A stretch of 64,000 bases of DNA. Source: an uncultured Actinomycetota bacterium. GTDB taxonomy: Bacteria; Actinomycetota; Actinomycetes; Propionibacteriales; Nocardioidaceae. Position numbers and translations under genes: made by a program. How positions within the stretch are numbered: position 1 is the stretch's first letter; every line of letters begins with the position of its first letter. Positions 1 through 8,859 of the stretch are shown here, in pieces. The stretch covers positions 8 through 64,007 of the forward strand of contig CAVQDC010000029.1 of the NCBI GenBank assembly GCA_963711175.1. Direction: 5' to 3'. The notes beneath the pieces are model-generated. The model did no database searches, had not been told where the DNA came from, and was given only the letters and a program-made list of their open reading frames with translations.

Positions 1-98
1 TTGAGCACCTTGACGTCGTGACCGCGGTCGAGGGCGGCAGTCCGCAGCCGCTGGGTGCTGTAGGAGCGCGGTGCGCGGGACAGGATGGCGAGCTTCAC
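1..98 (-). CDS. rimK: RimK-family ATP-grasp glutamate ligase, 5' end only (runs off window)
   Basis: Not in the ORF track. Reverse strand from GTG at 98 reads MKLAILSRAPRSYSTQRLRTAALDRGHDVKVL, a typical RimK N-terminus. Divergent from a RimK-associated protease. Confidence 0.85.
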   Translation of the reverse strand, partial: MKLAILSRAPRSYSTQRLRTAALDRGHDVKVL

Positions 99-139
99 GG
101 GCCTCATACAAGCACGCGGCGACCTGACAGGATGGCCGG

Positions 140-640
140 GTGTCCACCACCCCCGTGCCGTCCGAGCCCGTGGACGCACCACCTCCGGTGGTCGTCGGCT
201 GGCGCGAGTGGGTCGGCCTCCCTCAGGCGGGCCTGGAGTGGGTCAAGGCCAAGGTCGACACCGGTGCGCGGTCGTCCGCGATCCACGCCTTCGACCTCGA
301 GTCCCATCTGCAGGACGACACCGAGTGGGTGCGCTTCTCCATCCACCCGTGGCAGAAGTCCGACGAGGACCACGTCGAGCTCAACCTCCCGGTCCTCGAC
401 CGTCGCGAGGTGCGCTCGAGCAACGGCCAGGTCGAGCAGCGGTACGCCGTCGCGCTCGACGTCGCGCTGGCCGGCCGCACCATCACGACCGTGATGACCC
501 TCAGCAACCGCGACGAGATGGGCTTCCGGATGCTGATCGGTCGCGAGGCCCTCGAGCGCGGCTACCTCGTCGACTCGTCGCGGTCGTACGCCGGCGGCAG
601 GCCGCGTCGCGCGGTACGCCGGAAGAACTGGGGCAAGTAG
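140..640 (+). CDS. RimK-associated retropepsin-like 'ATP-dependent Zn protease' family protein (RimB-like)
   Basis: VVGWREWV..KAKVDTGARSSAIHA and MGFRMLIGREAL motifs; adjacent to rimK. Confidence 0.85.
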   Translation: MSTTPVPSEPVDAPPPVVVGWREWVGLPQAGLEWVKAKVDTGARSSAIHAFDLESHLQDDTEWVRFSIHPWQKSDEDHVELNLPVLDRREVRSSNGQVEQRYAVALDVALAGRTITTVMTLSNRDEMGFRMLIGREALERGYLVDSSRSYAGGRPRRAVRRKNWGK

Positions 641-647
641 CCCGGGC

Positions 648-1991
648 TCAGCGCAGCGCGATCTCGCAGCTCCGCAGCTTCTCGCCACTGCACCGGTCAC
701 GTCCGCCGTTGCCGTAGATCGTGTCGCGCCCGCGGCCCCCGACGAGCAGGTCGCGGTCCGTGCTGCCGCGGAGGGTGTCGTTGCCACCGCCGCCGAAGAG
801 GCGGAACTTCCACGGGTGGCAGCGCGGCCGGGGCACGTGGTAGTTGCGCCGGGTCTGCGCGATGTCGTCGGCACCGCCGCGGCCGTGCACGGTCGCCTTG
901 CAGGCGTAGAAGCGGATCACGTCGGCCCTGCTGGTGCCGTCGAGCTCGAGGTCCCTGGCGCCCAGGAGCTGCGTCTCGAAACCCTCCAGGCTGGTGCGGA
1001 CGGTGCGGCCTGCATGGCGGGTCTCCATCCGACCCGATGCCAGGTCGAGGTCGAGGTGACTGCCGGCCCACATGTTCACGTGGTCCTGCCCCGGGCCTCC
1101 CTCGTACGTGCTGCCGCGCGCGCCGACGTTGTCGCCGTACTCGAGCGAGAGCGAGTCCTTCCCTCCCGCCATGTCGATCTGCTGACGGGTGGTGCGCGCG
1201 TCCGCGAAGCGGAGGTTGAGCTCTTCGGCGCGGTCGGTGCCGAGGAACGTGAACGACGACGGGGTGGGCGCCGTGCCGCCAGTGGTGAAGCGGTCGAACC
1301 CGGACCACCGCAGCAGCTGACGGCCGTCCTCGGTGTACGTGCCGGCCCGGGCGTCGACGACGACCTGCCCCGTGCCGACGTAGAACGTCAGGCGGGCACC
1401 GCCACCTCCGTCGAGGCTCGCGCCCGAGGCCATCGGGCCGAGCCAGACGACCTCGCTGCCGCGGCCCGCACCGTCGTCGGTGCCGAGCACCACGACGTCG
1501 GAGTTGGGCGCTGCTGGGCCTGACCCGGACATGACGGAGTCGTCGCCACCCGCGACGGTCGTGATGACATCACGCTCGATGTCGACCGGCGGTTCGTACT
1601 CGGAGCCTTCGGTCCCGCTCACCACGTACTCGTCGAAGGGCGAGCCCGTGTAGGTGTCACGACCCGGGCCGAGCACGACCGCGAGGGGGCCGGTGGCTGC
1701 CGAGGCATCCACGACGTCGTCGCCGGATCCCGCTTCCAGGCTGACGCTGGCGGGGGACGGCAGGGCGCTCGTGATGCACACGAGGTCGTTGCCACCCAGC
1801 GTCGCCACGCCCCTGGCGCCCTGGGTGACCACGACGTCGTCACCCTCGGTGCCGGCCAGCCCGTACTGGCCGGGAGTGCCGACGATCGTCGCCGGCCTCC
1901 CCTGGCACGTCTCGCCGACGGCGTACGTCGGTGTGGCGGGCAGGAGCATCGCGGCGAGAAGACCGGTGGTGAGCAGGGGAAGCGGTCGCAT
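648..1991 (-). CDS. Secreted protein with hemolysin-type (RTX-like) Ca-binding repeats
   Basis: Signal peptide followed by TCQGRPATIVGT. GGxGxD nonapeptide repeats near the C-terminus (GGGGNDTL, GGRGRDTI). Confidence 0.75.
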   Translation of the reverse strand: MRPLPLLTTGLLAAMLLPATPTYAVGETCQGRPATIVGTPGQYGLAGTEGDDVVVTQGARGVATLGGNDLVCITSALPSPASVSLEAGSGDDVVDASAATGPLAVVLGPGRDTYTGSPFDEYVVSGTEGSEYEPPVDIERDVITTVAGGDDSVMSGSGPAAPNSDVVVLGTDDGAGRGSEVVWLGPMASGASLDGGGGARLTFYVGTGQVVVDARAGTYTEDGRQLLRWSGFDRFTTGGTAPTPSSFTFLGTDRAEELNLRFADARTTRQQIDMAGGKDSLSLEYGDNVGARGSTYEGGPGQDHVNMWAGSHLDLDLASGRMETRHAGRTVRTSLEGFETQLLGARDLELDGTSRADVIRFYACKATVHGRGGADDIAQTRRNYHVPRPRCHPWKFRLFGGGGNDTLRGSTDRDLLVGGRGRDTIYGNGGRDRCSGEKLRSCEIALR

Positions 1992-2064
1992 GCGGGGTCC
2001 TCGGGATCGGGAGGGTGTCCTGCGTGGGATGCGCGCCCGCGGCGCGAAGTTGCCTGGTTGCCCG

Positions 2065-2433
2065 TCACATCAAAGAGTCGTCGTACGTCGCGGTCAGCGG
2101 GCCACCGGCACCGCCGGTGTTCACCACGCCGACCGGCTCGATGAGCACCGCGTGCACCTCGCCCTCGGCGATCGGGCAGTGCTCGACGCCGCGCGGCACG
2201 ACGTACAGCTGACCCGGGCGCAGGGTGACGTCACCGTCGCGCAGCTGGATGGTCAGCTCGCCCGCGACGACCAGGAACAGCTCGTCGGTGTCGTCGTGGG
2301 TGTGCCACACGAACTCGCCGCGGACCTTGACCACCTTGATCTCGTAGTCGTTGAGCCGTGCCACGACCTTGGGCGACCAGTGCTCGGAGAACGTGGCGAA
2401 CCTGTCGGCCAGGTCGATCGGGACGTTGCTCAT
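2065..2433 (-). CDS. Cupin-domain protein
   Basis: WSPKVVARLNDYEIKVVKVRGEFVWHTHDDTDELF, cupin His/Glu motifs. ATG at 2433 preferred. Confidence 0.85.
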   Translation of the reverse strand: MSNVPIDLADRFATFSEHWSPKVVARLNDYEIKVVKVRGEFVWHTHDDTDELFLVVAGELTIQLRDGDVTLRPGQLYVVPRGVEHCPIAEGEVHAVLIEPVGVVNTGGAGGPLTATYDDSLM

Positions 2434-2537
2434 GCCGCGAGTTTCCCACGCACCGCCACGGGGGCGGGCTGCCTTGCGTTTCACCCCGACTAACCTGAGC
2501 GCGTGACCACTGACCCCGACTCCGCTCCGGTCGCCTA

Positions 2538-3485
2538 GTGGCCCGCGAGTCGTTCGCCATCGGCAGTGTCCGGATCCGCGCCGGGACGGTGCGCGCCCTC
2601 GAGCTCCCGATCACGCGCCTGGTCACCGGCGCCGACGTCACCCTGCCGGTGCGGGTGGTGCACGGCCGCGAGGACGGGCCCACGATCTGGATCAACGCCG
2701 CCATCCACGGCGACGAGGTGGTCGGGGTCGAGGTGGTCCGCCAGGTGATGGCCGGACTCGACCCCAAGACCTTCCGCGGCACCCTGGTCGCGGTGCCGAT
2801 CGTCAACGTGCTCGGCTTCATGACCGGCGACCGCTACCTGCCGGACCGCCGCGACCTCAACCGCTCCTTCCCCGGCTCGGCCCGCGGCTCCCTGGCCAGC
2901 CGCATCGCCTTCCTCTTCATGCGTGAGATCGTCGCCGGCTGCGAGGTCGGCATCGACCTCCACACCGGGTCCGACCGCCGCAGCAACCTGCCGCAGGTGC
3001 GCGCCGACCTCGACGACCCGCGTACGCGCGAGCTGGCCGCCGCGTTCGGCGCACCGGTCATGCTGCACGCCAAGATCCGCGACGGGTCGCTGCGCCATGC
3101 CGCCCGCGAGCACGGCGCGAAAGTCCTGCTCTACGAGGCCGGCGAGCCGCTGCGTTTCGACGACTACGCCGTCGAGGCCGGCGTGATCGGCGTACGCCGG
3201 GTGCTGGCGATGCTCGGCATGATCGAGCCGCTCGAGGAGTTCGCGGTCGAGCCGAGCCTCGAGTGCCGCTCGAGCGGCTGGGTCCGGGCCCGCCGCACCG
3301 GCATCCTGCACCTCGACGCCCACCTGGGCCAGAAGGTCACCGACGGCGAGCGACTGGGCACCCTGTTCGACTCGTTCGGCAAGACCCTCCGAGCTGTGTA
3401 CGCCAACCGTGACGGCATCGTGATCGGGCGCACCGAGGCCCCTCTGGTGAACTCCGGCGACGCGGTCGTGCACATCGCCAGCTGA
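2538..3485 (+). CDS. Succinylglutamate desuccinylase/aspartoacylase (M14-like) family protein
   Basis: AAIHGDE, DLNRSFPG, IDLHTG and LLYEAGE motifs; family usually linked to rimK. Confidence 0.88.
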   Translation: MARESFAIGSVRIRAGTVRALELPITRLVTGADVTLPVRVVHGREDGPTIWINAAIHGDEVVGVEVVRQVMAGLDPKTFRGTLVAVPIVNVLGFMTGDRYLPDRRDLNRSFPGSARGSLASRIAFLFMREIVAGCEVGIDLHTGSDRRSNLPQVRADLDDPRTRELAAAFGAPVMLHAKIRDGSLRHAAREHGAKVLLYEAGEPLRFDDYAVEAGVIGVRRVLAMLGMIEPLEEFAVEPSLECRSSGWVRARRTGILHLDAHLGQKVTDGERLGTLFDSFGKTLRAVYANRDGIVIGRTEAPLVNSGDAVVHIAS

Positions 3486-3506
3486 GCGGTCTGGTTGGCT
3501 GACGGC

Positions 3507-4704
3507 ATGCCCTTCGACGTCGCTGCCTTCCGCACGGAGTTCCCCTCGCTCGACTCAGGGATCGCCCACTTCGACAACCCCGGCGGCACCCAGACGCCGC
3601 GGGTGGTCGGCGAGGCGATCGCCCGTACGCTCACCGGGCCGCTCTCGCAGCGCGGTGCCGCGACCGTCAGCCAGCGCAACGCCGAGGAGTCGGTCGCCGG
3701 CTTCCGCTCCGCGATCGCGGACCTGGTGGGCGGTGTGCCCGGCGGTGTCGTGCACGGCCGCAGCGCGACCGCACTGACGTACGACCTCTCCCGGACGCTG
3801 TCGCGCACCTGGTCACCCGGTGACGAGATCGTGCTGTGCGAGCTGGACCACGACTCCAACGTCCGCCCGTGGATCCAGGCAGCCGAACGTGCCGGTGTCA
3901 CCGTGCACTGGCTCCGGCTCGACCCGGCGACCGGCGAGCTCGACCTGTCCTCGCTCGACGCGATCACCGAGCGGACGCGGCTGGTCGCGATGACGGCCGC
4001 CTCCAACCTGCTCGGCACCCGACCGCCGGTCGCGACCGTCGCGGCCCGCGCGCACGAGGTCGGTGCGCTCGTCCACGTCGACGGAGTCCACCACGCGGCG
4101 CATGCGGCGCCGGACGTCACCGCAATGGGAGCCGACTTCATGGTCTGCTCGCCCTACAAGTTCTTCGGCCCGCACTGCGGTGCGCTCGATCGCCGATCCG
4201 GCCCTGCTGGAGACCCTCCGGCCCGACAAGCTGCTGCCGTCGAGCGACGCGGTGCCCGAGCGGTTCGAGCTCGGCACCCTGCCCTACGAGCTGCTGGCCG
4301 GTGTCTGTGCTGCCGTCGACGTCATCGCGTCCCTGGGCACGGGCGACTCCCGGCGCGAGCGCCTGGTGGCGGCGCACGCGGCCATCGCCGCGCACGAGCT
4401 GCGGCTGCGTGGTCGCATCGAGGAGGGGCTCGCGGCCCTGGGTGACCACCTGACGCTGCACTCGCGGGCGGCCGAGCGCACCTCGACGCTGTTCCTCACC
4501 TTCCGCGACCGCCTGCCCGTGGACGCGTACGAGCAGCTCGCGAAGCGCGACGTGCTCGTCCCGGCCGGCACCTTCTACGCGTACGAGACGTTCCGCGCGC
4601 TGCGACTGCCCGTCGACTCGGGCCTGCGGATCGGGCTTGCGGCCTACACGAACGACTCGGACGTGGACCGGCTGCTCGAGGGGCTCACCGAGTTCCTCGG
4701 CTGA
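3507..4704 (+). pseudogene. Cysteine desulfurase-like class V aminotransferase (Rv3778c-like), +1 frameshift near 4188
   Basis: FDNPGGTQTP, DHDSNVRPW and PLP lysine CSPYKFFGPH in one frame. Continues as IADPALLETLRPDK..FELGTLPYE in the next frame. One extra base; may be a sequencing artefact. Confidence 0.8.
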
Positions 4705-5606
4705 CTCGAACTCTGCTCGCGGATCCCACGAGCAGAATTCGAGCTGGCCGGCACCATGGGTCCGCGCCGCCAGTGGTACGTCCGCGTCCGCGCGCCGGGC
4801 TCGAACCCGATGCCCCGGTAGACCTTCGCCGGGGCCGGATAGTCCTCGTCGCCGCGCGGGCAGACCAGGCCCGTCGTGGCGCCGAGGTCGCGGGCAGCCA
4901 TGAGGGCCGAGACCGAGGCGACCGCGGCCAGTCCGCGACCGCGGTGCCCAGGCACGCACCCGACGGGCTCCACCAGCGCGACGCCGGCGCTCTCGTCGAG
5001 CCACACGCAGCACGACGCGACCCACTCGCCCTCCTCGGTCACCACGACGTGGTCGGTCTCGAGGCGGTAGGGCGACGTGGCCATCAGCCGCTCGTAGGCC
5101 GCCGAGGTGACCTTCGACGTCGCGGACCAGGCGTCGCGGTGGACCTTCGACCGCTGCTCGTGCTCGCCCTCGCGCACTGCGCGGACGGCGTACCCGTCCG
5201 GCAGGGACGCTGGACGCAACTCGGCCAGGTCGAGGAAGTGGTGGGTGAACCACGGCATCTCGATCTCGGTGAACCCGGAGTCGGCCAGCACCGCCAGCAC
5301 GACGTCCTCGGTCTCGAGGGTGCTGGTGGTGACCTCGCTGTCGCACTCCGCGAGAGCGGCATCCACGACGGCTCGTACGGCCTCGGGGTCGGCGCCGCAG
5401 ACCTCCAGCCAGCCCGGCGACTCCAGCCAGGCCCATGCGCCGTCGACGACGAAGACCGGTCCGAGGTCGAGCGCGGCCGGCTCGCCATAGGCCGCCGACC
5501 AGGCCAGCTGCCCGGGGTGGTGCCGCGCAGCGGTGGTCCAGATCTCCGAGGCGAGGGCCTGCATCCCGGGCAGGGCCTGCTCGATCTCGAGTCGCTGCGG
5601 GGTCAT
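4644..5606 (-). CDS. GNAT-family N-acetyltransferase
   Basis: VEPVGCVPGHRGRGLA acetyl-CoA motif and AKVYRGIGF. The 3' tail overlaps the convergent gene. Confidence 0.8.
   Translation of the reverse strand: MTPQRLEIEQALPGMQALASEIWTTAARHHPGQLAWSAAYGEPAALDLGPVFVVDGAWAWLESPGWLEVCGADPEAVRAVVDAALAECDSEVTTSTLETEDVVLAVLADSGFTEIEMPWFTHHFLDLAELRPASLPDGYAVRAVREGEHEQRSKVHRDAWSATSKVTSAAYERLMATSPYRLETDHVVVTEEGEWVASCCVWLDESAGVALVEPVGCVPGHRGRGLAAVASVSALMAARDLGATTGLVCPRGDEDYPAPAKVYRGIGFEPGARTRTYHWRRGPMVPASSNSARGIREQSSSQPRNSVSPSSSRSTSESFV
4705..4743. repeat. 15-bp inverted repeat (hairpin) at a convergent gene junction
   Basis: CTCGAACTCTGCTCG (4705-4719) and CGAGCAGAATTCGAG (4729-4743), one mismatch. Confidence 0.6.
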
Positions 5607-5651
5607 GGCCGCACTCTTGCACCGGCCGCACCCGTCGGGCACCGCCTTTTG

Positions 5652-5876
5652 TCAGTGGTCGTGGGCCTGGTCCGCGACCTCCTGCGAGCCCGGCCCTGTC
5701 TCGTGCGCGTCCGAGTCGACCTCGTCGGTGTCCACCGTGTCGCCGACCGTCGCGTTGCCGTCGGGCTCGGCGTCGAGCGCCCGCTGCCGGTCCTCGTCGG
5801 TGACCCGCTTCCCCGCGCCCGGGAAGGCGGACTCTTCGGGGTGTGCGGCGTACGGGTCGGGCTGGTCGTCGCTCAT
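5652..5876 (-). CDS. Small acidic hypothetical protein (74 aa)
   Basis: MSDDQPDPYAAHPEESAFPG...; ATG at 5876, GC3-biased codons, fills the gap cleanly. Confidence 0.55.
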   Translation of the reverse strand: MSDDQPDPYAAHPEESAFPGAGKRVTDEDRQRALDAEPDGNATVGDTVDTDEVDSDAHETGPGSQEVADQAHDH

Positions 5877-5942
5877 GCCCGCGACCGTACGCCGGTGGAT
5901 CACCGCGCGGGCCCGCCCACAGGGGTGGACGCGGCATGCAGC

Positions 5943-5994
5943 AGCGGTGCGTGGGACAGGTTCCTGGACATCGGTTCCTGCCTCACGCACCGCT
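5943..5994 (-). terminator. Long hairpin just downstream of the SPFH gene
   Basis: AGCGGTGCGTG (5943-5953) pairs with CACGCACCGCT (5984-5994); stem extendable by about 6 bp. Confidence 0.55.
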
Positions 5995-6002
5995 CGTCGG
6001 GC

Positions 6003-6704
6003 TCAGTCCTCGCGGGAGGACGTACGCCCGGGCTGCACCAGCTCGACGCGCGAGCCGGGCGGCAGCGCCTGGACCAGCCGCAGCTGCGCGAGCGACGGGT
6101 GGTCGTCGAGCAGCTTCGCGCCGTTGGCCAGCGACCGGAGGGCCGCGGTCTCGGCGCGAGCCGCCTCGAGCTGGGCCTGCGCCCGGTGCCGGCCGATCAC
6201 GAGCTCGGCGTACGCCGCCCGCAGGTCAGCCGGCAGCACGACGTCCTTGACGACGACGTCGACCAGCCGGATGCCGACCTCCGACGCGGCCCGGGCGACG
6301 GTGTCGGTGAACCCCGTCGCCAGCCCGGTCCGCGGCGCGCGCACCAGCGCCTCGGCCTCCTGGGTCGCCAGCGCGTCGCGGAGGGCGAGCTGGATGGCGA
6401 CGTAGACCGCGTGCACCGGGTCTCGCACCTTCTCGGTGAAGACGACCGGGTCGCCGACGGTCCACACCCAGACAGCAGAGACCTTGACGGTCACACCGTC
6501 GGCCGTGAGCAGCTCCTGGGCGGGCACGAGGTCGATGCGCTCGCGCACGTCGAGGACCTCGTACGTCGCCCGGGCCAGCTCGACGTGCCGACCCGGCCGC
6601 AGCACGCGCGTGGGCTCGCCGTCGCGGCGCTCGAGGGCCACCTGCCACGGCTGCACGGTGAGGCGCGGCCGGAGGACGTGGATGAGTGAGTGGATGAATG
6701 ACAT
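6003..6704 (-). CDS. SPFH/band-7 (slipin-type) protein
   Basis: QELLTADGVTVKVSA, VYVAIQLALRDA, VVVKDVVLP and QAQLEAARAETAALRSLANGAKLLDDHPSL. GAGGAGG RBS before ATG 6704. Confidence 0.85.
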   Translation of the reverse strand: MSFIHSLIHVLRPRLTVQPWQVALERRDGEPTRVLRPGRHVELARATYEVLDVRERIDLVPAQELLTADGVTVKVSAVWVWTVGDPVVFTEKVRDPVHAVYVAIQLALRDALATQEAEALVRAPRTGLATGFTDTVARAASEVGIRLVDVVVKDVVLPADLRAAYAELVIGRHRAQAQLEAARAETAALRSLANGAKLLDDHPSLAQLRLVQALPPGSRVELVQPGRTSSRED

Positions 6705-6789
6705 GACGGGCCTCCTCGGTGTCAGTCGTGGGTCGGTCGGTGGATGTGGTGGAGTCGTGGTGGATGGGTGGAGCAGGTCGTGCTGGGGA

Positions 6790-7050
6790 TGGTGGCCGGT
6801 GACCACAGTGTCGAGCGGGGACCTGGACCGTCGTGCTGACCGGTTCCGCCGCAGGGCTCGACCCTGCGCGTCGTCACCGGCCACCACCTGAGGAGTGAGA
6901 GTCGAACTCACAGGAGTGAACAGCTCCGATGCCAGTGCCTTGCAGGGCGTGGTGGCGAGGTACGACGCGCGGAACAGGGCCCGGAACTCCGGCCCTGCCG
7001 CTGATCTCGCCGTGGACGAGGGTAGGTGCGCGGCCATCGTCGGCGCACCT
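6790..7050 (-). ncRNA. Candidate structured leader/ncRNA with tRNA-like arms upstream of the SPFH gene
   Basis: At least 7 helices seen by eye, including GUGAG-UUCGACU-CUCAC (T-arm-like, 6911-6895) and a perfect 14-bp stem 6873-6886/6790-6803. Confidence 0.55.
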
Positions 7051-7064
7051 GGTTTTTGCGACGC

Positions 7065-7086
7065 TGTCGCACCCCTCGGCCATGAT
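7065..7086 (+). promoter_or_regulatory. PafBC-type (RecA-NDp) promoter of dinB
   Basis: TGTCGC-N10-CATGAT against consensus TGTCGG-N10-TANNNT; 6 nt before the GTG, so leaderless. Confidence 0.5.
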
Positions 7087-7092
7087 GACAAG

Positions 7093-8133
7093 GTGACCCA
7101 CTGGGTGCTCCACGTCGACATGGACCAGTTCCTCGTCGCCGTCGAGCTGCTGCGCCGACCGGAGCTCGTCGGGCTGCCGGTCGTGGTCGGCGGTCGCGGC
7201 GACCCGACCGAGCGGGCGGTCGTGTCCACGGCGTCCTACGAGGCGCGGGCCTTCGGCGTACGCAGCGGGCTCGCGCTCAAGCTCGCCCTGCGGCGCTGCC
7301 CGGAGGCGGTGTTCCTGCCGGTCGACTTCCCGGTCTACGAGGAGGCGTCGGCGCGGGTGATGGAGACGTTGCGCGCGACCCCGGGCGCCGTCGTCGAGGT
7401 GCTCGGGTGGGACGAGGCGTTCGTGGGCATCGAGACCGACGACCCGCTCGCGGCGGCCCGCTCGATCCAGGCACGGGTGCTCGAGGCGACCGGCCTGCAC
7501 TGCTCGGTCGGCATCGGCGACACCCTCGTCCGGGCCAAGATCGCGACCGACTTCGGCAAGCCGCAGGGCACGTTCCGGCTCACCCGCGACAACTGGATGG
7601 AGGTCATGGGCGAGCGCCCGACCACCGCGCTGTGGGGCGTCGGCACCAAGATCGGCGCCCGGCTCGAGGCCATCGGCCTGCGCACCGTTGCCGACCTCGC
7701 CGGCGCCGACGACGAGGCCCTGGTCGCGGCCTTCGGTCCGTCCAGCGGCCCCTACCTCGGCCGCCTCGGTCGTGGCGGCGGACGCTCGCGTCCCGACGAC
7801 ACCCCGTGGGTGGCCCGCGCGCACGGCCGCGAGACGACCTACCAGGCCGACCTCGTCACGCCCGACGAGGTCCGCGCCGCTCTCGCCGAGCTCGCGGCGC
7901 GCGTCGTGGACGACGTACGCAAGGAGGACCGGGCCGTGCAGCGGGTGCACCTCAAGATCCGGTTCGCGCCGTTCTTCACGTTCACCAAGGTGCGCAAGCT
8001 CCCCGAGCCGACCTACGACGTCGACGTGATCACGCAGACGGCCTACGACCTCTACCTGGCGCTCGACGACTCCCGGCCCGTACGTCTCCTGGGTGTGCGC
8101 GGCGAGATGGTCGCACCCGACGGCGGATACTGA
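7093..8133 (+). CDS. dinB: DNA polymerase IV (Y-family)
   Basis: WVLHVDMDQF, STASYEAR.FGV.SG, GWDEAF, SVGIG, LWGVG and C-terminal VRLLGV. Confidence 0.93.
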   Translation: MTHWVLHVDMDQFLVAVELLRRPELVGLPVVVGGRGDPTERAVVSTASYEARAFGVRSGLALKLALRRCPEAVFLPVDFPVYEEASARVMETLRATPGAVVEVLGWDEAFVGIETDDPLAAARSIQARVLEATGLHCSVGIGDTLVRAKIATDFGKPQGTFRLTRDNWMEVMGERPTTALWGVGTKIGARLEAIGLRTVADLAGADDEALVAAFGPSSGPYLGRLGRGGGRSRPDDTPWVARAHGRETTYQADLVTPDEVRAALAELAARVVDDVRKEDRAVQRVHLKIRFAPFFTFTKVRKLPEPTYDVDVITQTAYDLYLALDDSRPVRLLGVRGEMVAPDGGY

Positions 8134-8139
8134 CCCTGG

Positions 8140-8841
8140 CTACATCCGCAGCAGCGAGAGGCCGGCGGCGAGGGCGAACCCGCCGACGGTCGCCAGGCCG
8201 GCGAGGTTGCGTGCCTTGGACTTCGCCTCGGGGATCATCGAGTCGATCAGCATCGTGAGCAGCGCCCCGGCGGCGAAGCCGTCGACCACCGCGTTGACCT
8301 CGGCCGAGACGGCGTCCATCGCGAGGTAGCCGAGCATCGTGGCGACCGCACACGCGGCGGCCACGGCGACCCAGAGCCCCATGATCGTCCGCCGGCTGCT
8401 TCCCGACGAGCGCATGTCGGCCGCGGAGCCGACGGCCTCGGGAAGGTTGGACGCGAAGATCGCGACGATCAGGCTCACACTCACGCCGTCGCCGGCCGCG
8501 AGCCCGATGCCGAGCACCGCCTGCTCGGGGATGCCGTCGAGGAAGGCGCCCAGCGCGAGCGTCGGACCTGCACCCGATCCCGTCGACCTGGACTCGACCC
8601 AGCGGTTGGCGAGGAAGAACGTGGCGCTGCCGAGCGCCAGACCCACGGCGACCGGCAACGGTCCGCCGATCCGCAGCCCCTCCTCGGCGAGCTCGAAGGA
8701 GACGCTCGCGATCAGCGCGCCCGCACCGAAGCCGAGCACCAGTCCCACGAGCGTGTCGGACCACGTCCGGACGAGGGCGAGGGCGGCGCCGACCACCAGT
8801 GAGCTGGCGGCCAGCGCTCCCCACCCGAGTGACTCGATCAT
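8140..8841 (-). CDS. ZIP-family metal transporter
   Basis: GFGAGALI..VSFEL, LDGIPE, SNLPE and DSMIPEA motifs; multiple TM helices. Confidence 0.85.
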   Translation of the reverse strand: MIESLGWGALAASSLVVGAALALVRTWSDTLVGLVLGFGAGALIASVSFELAEEGLRIGGPLPVAVGLALGSATFFLANRWVESRSTGSGAGPTLALGAFLDGIPEQAVLGIGLAAGDGVSVSLIVAIFASNLPEAVGSAADMRSSGSSRRTIMGLWVAVAAACAVATMLGYLAMDAVSAEVNAVVDGFAAGALLTMLIDSMIPEAKSKARNLAGLATVGGFALAAGLSLLRM

Positions 8842-8859
8842 GCGGCGAGCATGTCAGTC

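Noticed and set aside
6895-6956. A bona fide tRNA-Cys or tRNA-Sec gene
   Set aside because: T-arm, variable-arm and GCA-loop look-alikes are present. There is no D arm, no acceptor stem or CCA, and the anticodon loop has 6 nt. Kept only as a tRNA-like element.
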